From the NCBI RefSeq assembly GCF_002154695.1, contig NZ_MTAV01000210.1, forward strand, positions 7,528 to 71,527: 64,000 nt of DNA, written 5' to 3'. Positions 59,580 through 64,000 of the stretch are shown one piece after another (positions within the stretch are counted from its first letter, which is position 1; each line of letters opens with the position of its first letter). This stretch comes from Nostoc sp. T09 (GTDB taxonomy: Bacteria; Cyanobacteriota; Cyanobacteriia; Cyanobacteriales; Nostocaceae). Under the pieces are notes generated by a model. It was not told where the DNA came from, searched no databases, and saw nothing but the letters and a program-made list of their open reading frames with translations. The position numbers were made by a program, and so were the translations under genes.

Positions 59580-60998
59580 CTAAATACTCTCACTTGCATC
59601 AGCTATTTGGCAGATTAATTCCCAAGCTTGCTGCACATGCAACTTCTCAGTAGTGGCTTGCCCAATTGACATTCGTAAAGTAACTTTTTGGTCAAGCTTG
59701 GTGGAAATCAGGTAACTTTTACCAGAAGAGTTGAGATTGTTGACGATCGCTTGATTGATCTTGTCACCGCCTTTGTGCCGAAAACATACCAAATTTAGCG
59801 GCGGATTGACAGCCAACTCAAAGCGCACATCTGATTTTACCCATTCAGCAAACTCTTGGGCTAAGGCTATGTGCTTACGGACATAGTGCTGTAAGCCTTC
59901 AATCCCGTAATGGCGAATCACAAACCAAAGCTTGAGGCTGCGGAATCTTCGCCCTAAGGGAATTTGCCAGTCTCGATAGTCAATTACCGCGCCTGATTCG
60001 CTAGCTTGATTTTTCAGGTATTCCGGCATGATGGATAGAGACTGAATCAGCTTGGCGCGATCGCGCACGTAAAAGCAAGTGCAGTCAAAGTTAGTCATCA
60101 TCCATTTATGAGGGTTGAAGCAATAGCTATCAGCTAACTCCAACCCCTGATGAATCCATCGAAACTCAGGACATAAAGCGGCTGTGCCACTCATTGCCCC
60201 ATCAACATGAAACCAGATATTGTATTTTTGCGCGATCGCTCCTAATTGCGGTAGAGGATCAATCGCATTCGATGAAGTTGTCCCGACAGTCGCAGCCAAA
60301 TAAAAAGGAGTTAACCCAGCCTGAATATCTTTTTCTATGCACTGCTGTAGTGCTTCTGGATTCATCGCATAATCTGCATCAACTTCTATGTAACGCAAAT
60401 TTTCCTTGCTGATTCCGGCAATCTTTGCTCCCTTCTCAACTGAAGAATGCGCCTGCGTAGAAGTGTAAGCAACCAGTTTACTAATATCTGCTTTTGCTTG
60501 TTCCCTGGCTGCTACCAAAGCCACAAGAGTTGCACTGCTAGCTGAATCTTGAATTACTCCTCCTCCTGTTTGAGTAGATTTGAAATGCAAGGGTAACTCC
60601 AGCATATCTATCAGCCAATCGAGAACATGAGTTTCTAATTCAGTACAAGCTGGGGAAGTAGCCCACAACATTCCCTGCACACCCATTCCTGCACTTAATA
60701 ATTCTCCCAAAATTGAGGGTGCAGAAATTCCAGAAGGAAAGAAAGCAAAGAAGTTAGGAGACTGCCAATTTGTTAATCCTGGGACGATGATGTCATCAAT
60801 ATCTTTTAAAATCGCTGCAAAAGATTCGCCCTGTTGAGGAGCAGTATTTGGTAACTTTGCTTTGGTATCGCCAGGTTCAACTTGCGAAAGAACAGGCAGT
60901 TTTTCAACGTTCTCTAAATAATCGGCTATCCAATCAATGGTTTTATATCCCCAATGGCGAAATTCTTCTGGAGACATATGGTAGTTCTGCTGTTCCAT
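59580..60998 (-). CDS. pyridoxal-dependent aromatic-L-amino-acid / tyrosine decarboxylase (group II decarboxylase)
   Basis: 472 aa. N-terminal MSPEEFRHWGYKTIDWIADYLENVEKLPV...SPNFFAFFPSG and PLP-lysine region (DSYCFNPHKWMMTNFDCTCFYV) typical of DDC/TDC enzymes. Confidence 0.85.
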   Translation of the reverse strand: MEQQNYHMSPEEFRHWGYKTIDWIADYLENVEKLPVLSQVEPGDTKAKLPNTAPQQGESFAAILKDIDDIIVPGLTNWQSPNFFAFFPSGISAPSILGELLSAGMGVQGMLWATSPACTELETHVLDWLIDMLELPLHFKSTQTGGGVIQDSASSATLVALVAAREQAKADISKLVAYTSTQAHSSVEKGAKIAGISKENLRYIEVDADYAMNPEALQQCIEKDIQAGLTPFYLAATVGTTSSNAIDPLPQLGAIAQKYNIWFHVDGAMSGTAALCPEFRWIHQGLELADSYCFNPHKWMMTNFDCTCFYVRDRAKLIQSLSIMPEYLKNQASESGAVIDYRDWQIPLGRRFRSLKLWFVIRHYGIEGLQHYVRKHIALAQEFAEWVKSDVRFELAVNPPLNLVCFRHKGGDKINQAIVNNLNSSGKSYLISTKLDQKVTLRMSIGQATTEKLHVQQAWELICQIADASESI

Positions 60999-61079
60999 AC
61001 TTTTTATCGCAATCCTATTTGAATTATGAGATTTTTCATGTTCGCGCAGCGTCTCCGATAGGAGAATGTCAGAAAAACC

Positions 61080-61328
61080 TTATTCAGACTCCCCAATTAG
61101 TGTAAAGGCTGCCCAAGCGATGGGATTTGGATACTTGGTCAACATTGCTTGCCGCAATGCCTGTGCTTTATCTGGATTTGCTTTCAGGTGTTGATAAAAT
61201 GCCATCATTAAATCTGCTGTGGGGACATCTGGTACAGACCAGAGTGAGACAATCACACTTGGTACTCCGGCAGAAATTAGCGATCGCGATCGTCCAATCA
61301 CGCTATCTCCTGTGACTCGCCCTTGCCC
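61080..61328 (-). pseudogene. C-terminal remnant of a CHAT-domain protein
   Basis: The ~83 translatable codons (…GQGRVTGDSVIGRSRSLISAGVPSVIVSLWSVPDVPTADLMMAFYQHLKANPDKAQALRQAMLTKYPNPIAWAAFTLIGESE*) are the last conserved block of a CHAT protease domain. An in-frame stop lies immediately upstream, so there is no protease core. Confidence 0.5.
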
Positions 61329-61546
61329 GGTGATGATGACGCGGGGACACGGAAACGGGGAGACGCGGAGATTTGTGTGTAGCTAGATTTTAGAGAAAGA
61401 GTATAAGAAATTGGGAACTGTTGCTGATTGCCCGTTCCCTATTCCCTTGTTTCCCAACTTTAAAACTTGTACAATGCCCAGCAAAACCCGGATATGGTGG
61501 GCATTGCTCTAAGTTTTATTTCAAAAATCAAATAGGAATTCTATAT

Positions 61547-62560
61547 TTAGATATCATTCCTACCCCATAAACCTACAAATGCAGCAATACCCAAGGCAGC
61601 AAATGCTAACGCACCCCATTTTAGCGGTGGATTTTTATCTAAATTATCTAAGAAACTTGGTATGGACAAGTTTCTAAAGTCTCCTTCAACTTTGTCATAG
61701 CCTTCAATCGGCTCAAAAACGTTGTTCGGCGCGTCTTCTGATTTTGGTTCATTGGTGCGCTGTGCTTTAAAGGCGATCGCCAGCAACAGAGAATCAGCTA
61801 AGGAAGGTGAGATGCGTTGCACAAAATCTAATATTTTGCCCGCATCCCCAACAACAAAATCACGGGTGGGATGTTCAGCTGCGTAGAGAATAGCATCGGC
61901 AACAAGATCGGGTTGGTAATATGGGGGTACTCCTGTAGGCTTAACTCCTAGTTTGGTGCGAACTTTATTGTAATAGGGAGTGTTGATCGTCGCAGGCAGG
62001 ATTGAGGTAACACTGATCGGCCATTTTTCGTGTTGTAACTCAACGCGCAAGGCATCAAGGAATCCTTCTAAACCATGCTTGGCTGTAGAGTAAGGGCTTT
62101 GTAGGGGCAAACTGCGCCTACCTTCCATTGAAGAAATATGAATTAACGCCCCCCGTCCTTCTTGTTTGAGATAAGGTAATGCTGCCATTGCACCATATAC
62201 CTGTCCCATCAAGGTAACATCAACAACTCTGGCAAACTCCTCTGGTGTAATTTTCTCGAAAGGCCCAATTACACCCGTAGCGGCAGTATGAACCCAAGTA
62301 TCAAGTCGTCCGTATTCTGCTACAGTCTTATCCGCGATCGCCTTTACTTGCTGAAAATCACTGACATCTGCAACTACATAAGTTGCTGTACCGCCCAAAT
62401 TCCGAATCTCATCTACCAAAGACTTAAGCCCTGATTCGCTACGGGCAGCAACTACAACCTTTGCACCACGTTCGGCAAACTTCACGGCTGTTTCACGCCC
62501 GATCCCACTGGAAGCCCCGACGATGGCTACCACTTGCTGATTAATTGGTTTTAATTGCAT
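61547..62560 (-). CDS. SDR family oxidoreductase with C-terminal membrane anchor
   Basis: TGASSGIGRE Rossmann motif, a YxxxK active site (YSTAKHG) and a C-terminal hydrophobic helix (WGALAFAALGIAAFVGLW). Confidence 0.85.
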   Translation of the reverse strand: MQLKPINQQVVAIVGASSGIGRETAVKFAERGAKVVVAARSESGLKSLVDEIRNLGGTATYVVADVSDFQQVKAIADKTVAEYGRLDTWVHTAATGVIGPFEKITPEEFARVVDVTLMGQVYGAMAALPYLKQEGRGALIHISSMEGRRSLPLQSPYSTAKHGLEGFLDALRVELQHEKWPISVTSILPATINTPYYNKVRTKLGVKPTGVPPYYQPDLVADAILYAAEHPTRDFVVGDAGKILDFVQRISPSLADSLLLAIAFKAQRTNEPKSEDAPNNVFEPIEGYDKVEGDFRNLSIPSFLDNLDKNPPLKWGALAFAALGIAAFVGLWGRNDI

Positions 62561-62689
62561 GGTTAATCATTCTTAATCCTTCTCTTCGATCAATAGGTTT
62601 GATTTATGCTTGCTGCATCCGTCGCCAGACTTACGCCAGTTGTAAAAACAACCAGCCTAAATGAAACAAGTTTCACCGCCATGTATCAG

Positions 62690-62830
62690 AAAGGGACAAG
62701 GGAGTGTGGGAGAGGGCGGGAAAGGGTGGGGAGACAAGGAGGACAAGGGAGTGTGGGAGAGGGTGGGGAGAAATGGGACAAGGGAGAAGTAACTAATAAA
62801 TCTTGCTGATTACCTTTTGAGAAATGACTA
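62690..62830. repeat. G-rich heptamer-like repeats plus the shared ~90-bp dispersed element (copy of 31562-31680)
   Basis: gggacaagggagtgtgggagagggtggggagaaat...taataaatcttgctgattaccttttgagaaatgac. Confidence 0.55.
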
Positions 62831-63535
62831 ATTTCGCCACAAAGCAATACCACCTAATAAACCAGTGATGTTAGGGATGAGTTTCACATTTAAGGGTAGC
62901 TGGAGATTTACCTTGACAGCTTCGCCGCCCCCAATGTAGAGGCAATCATAATTGAATAGATGTTGCAAAGATGCGATCGCCTTTTCTAAACGCCTATTCC
63001 ATTTTTTATCACCAATTTTTTCTAAAGCCGCCCGTCCCAGCTGTTCTTCGTAAGTCTCACCTTTGCGGAACTGATGATGACCCATTTCCATATTCGGCAC
63101 CAGCTTACCATCGATAAATAAAGCTGAACCAAATCCTGTACCCAAGGTAATCACTAATTCCAAACCTTTACCTGCGATCGCCCCAAGCCCCTGCATATCT
63201 GCATCATTAATTACTCGTACAGGCTTGTTTAACTGCTTTGATAAGGCTGTTTGTAAATCAAAACCGATCCAATCCCGGTCTAAGTTTACCGCCGTCTCCG
63301 TCACTCCATACCGCACTACACCCGGAAAACCTACCGAAACACGATGAAATTCACCTTGAGAAGCAGCTAATACGACAATCGCATTGATCACTGTGTCTGG
63401 TTTAGCAGGTTGGGGTGTCTCTAAACGTGCCCTTTCTGTTAAAGGATGCCCTGTAACATCCAATACCATAGTTTTGACACCGCTACCACCAATATCAACT
63501 GCTAGAGTGCGAATTGAGCCATTATCTTCAACCAT
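62828..63535 (-). CDS. ROK family sugar kinase, short form (polyphosphate-glucokinase-like)
   Basis: 235 aa. N-terminal LAVDIGGSGVKTMVLD (ATP-binding) and the ...VINDADMQGLGA... / GTGFGSALF pattern. The size matches the short cyanobacterial PPGK-type ROK proteins. Confidence 0.7.
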   Translation of the reverse strand: MVEDNGSIRTLAVDIGGSGVKTMVLDVTGHPLTERARLETPQPAKPDTVINAIVVLAASQGEFHRVSVGFPGVVRYGVTETAVNLDRDWIGFDLQTALSKQLNKPVRVINDADMQGLGAIAGKGLELVITLGTGFGSALFIDGKLVPNMEMGHHQFRKGETYEEQLGRAALEKIGDKKWNRRLEKAIASLQHLFNYDCLYIGGGEAVKVNLQLPLNVKLIPNITGLLGGIALWRN

Positions 63536-63734
63536 TTCTTTTTTTCCTCGCCATTGTGTACTACTTGGTTATTATGCTCTGCCGCATCAGCTTCGAGTAC
63601 AGATGTTTTGAGAGTCTTCACAAGTTCAAAAATTCTTGGTGACGAGTAACCCACTATAGCTATTTTAAATTGCTGAGAAGACAAGGTTTTTCAAGAGAGC
63701 ACAAAAATTATCCCTACAATGCGATGATGGTGCG

Positions 63735-63975
63735 GCATTAAAGTTAAAGACTCGTTGGCGAGTATTAAAGACTCGTTAATGGAGTTATTAACCTCATTCG
63801 CGAGTATTAAAGACTCGTTGACGAGTATTAAAGACTCGCTCACGAGTATTAAAGACTCGTCGCCGAGTATCAAAGACTCATTCACGAGTATCAAAGACTC
63901 GTCGGCGAGTATCAAAGACTCATTCGCGAGTATTAAAGACTCGTTAATGGAGTTATTAGCCTCATTCACGAGGAG
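63735..63975. repeat. tandem array of ~11 x 21-bp repeats (unit gagtat[t/c]aaagactc + 6-nt variable tail), ~200 bp upstream of the ROK gene
   Basis: 15-nt conserved core forming a 4-bp mini-hairpin (gagt...actc), followed by variable hexamers (gttgac / attcac / gctcac / gtcggc / attcgc / gttaat). The array is bounded at both ends by the same diverged unit (ggagttatta[a/g]cctcattc). Confidence 0.9.
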
Positions 63976-64000
63976 GATAGTCTTTTGCCTTCAAGAATAA

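Overview
This is a 64 kb chromosomal window from a cyanobacterium, most likely a filamentous Nostocales-type genome. The sequence shows abundant HIP1 octamers (GCGATCGC) and STRR-like heptanucleotide tandem repeats (TTGGTCA / TGACAAC / GGGACAA families). It also carries Nostoc-type MITE-like inverted-repeat elements and many SLH/DUF1565 cell-surface proteins. Gene density is moderate, and the window looks like an accessory, cell-envelope-oriented region.

Gene content, in order:
- (i) Polysaccharide cluster at 4.3-9.8 kb: a GT1 and a GT2 glycosyltransferase plus a Wzm/Wzt ABC-2 exporter pair.
- (ii) Two paralogous DUF1565 beta-helix surface proteins, one anchored by SLH domains and one by a SPOR-like domain.
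- (iii) Scattered GNAT, cupin, GST, LysR, Uma2, ACC-deaminase-family and PNPOx-like genes.
- (iv) A Ser/Thr kinase fused to an FGE-sulfatase domain, with a duplicated 5' fragment downstream.
- (v) thiE-thiS, next to a decayed tyrosine-recombinase gene.
- (vi) A sulfate ABC transporter operon (sbpA-cysT-cysW-NIL).
- (vii) A full-length homologue of the eukaryotic major vault protein (MVP, 874 aa). It is bracketed by two near-identical 33-bp palindromes that differ by a compensatory base pair.
- (viii) Two CPA-type cation/proton antiporters, one with a USP-like tail.
- (ix) Cardiolipin synthase, a methyltransferase and a metallophosphoesterase.
- (x) A ~6.8 kb strongly AT-rich island encoding three GT2 enzymes and an acyltransferase-3.
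- (xi) An aromatic-amino-acid-decarboxylase-type PLP enzyme, an SDR and a short ROK (polyphosphate-glucokinase-like) gene.

No rRNA, tRNA, CRISPR array or intact transposase was found. There are three separate ~230-bp arrays of 21-bp tandem repeats (heptad period), all with the same architecture, one of them ~200 bp upstream of MVP. These, together with the bacterial MVP itself, are the most unusual features. All calls are from reading the sequence and the ORF track; no database search was possible.
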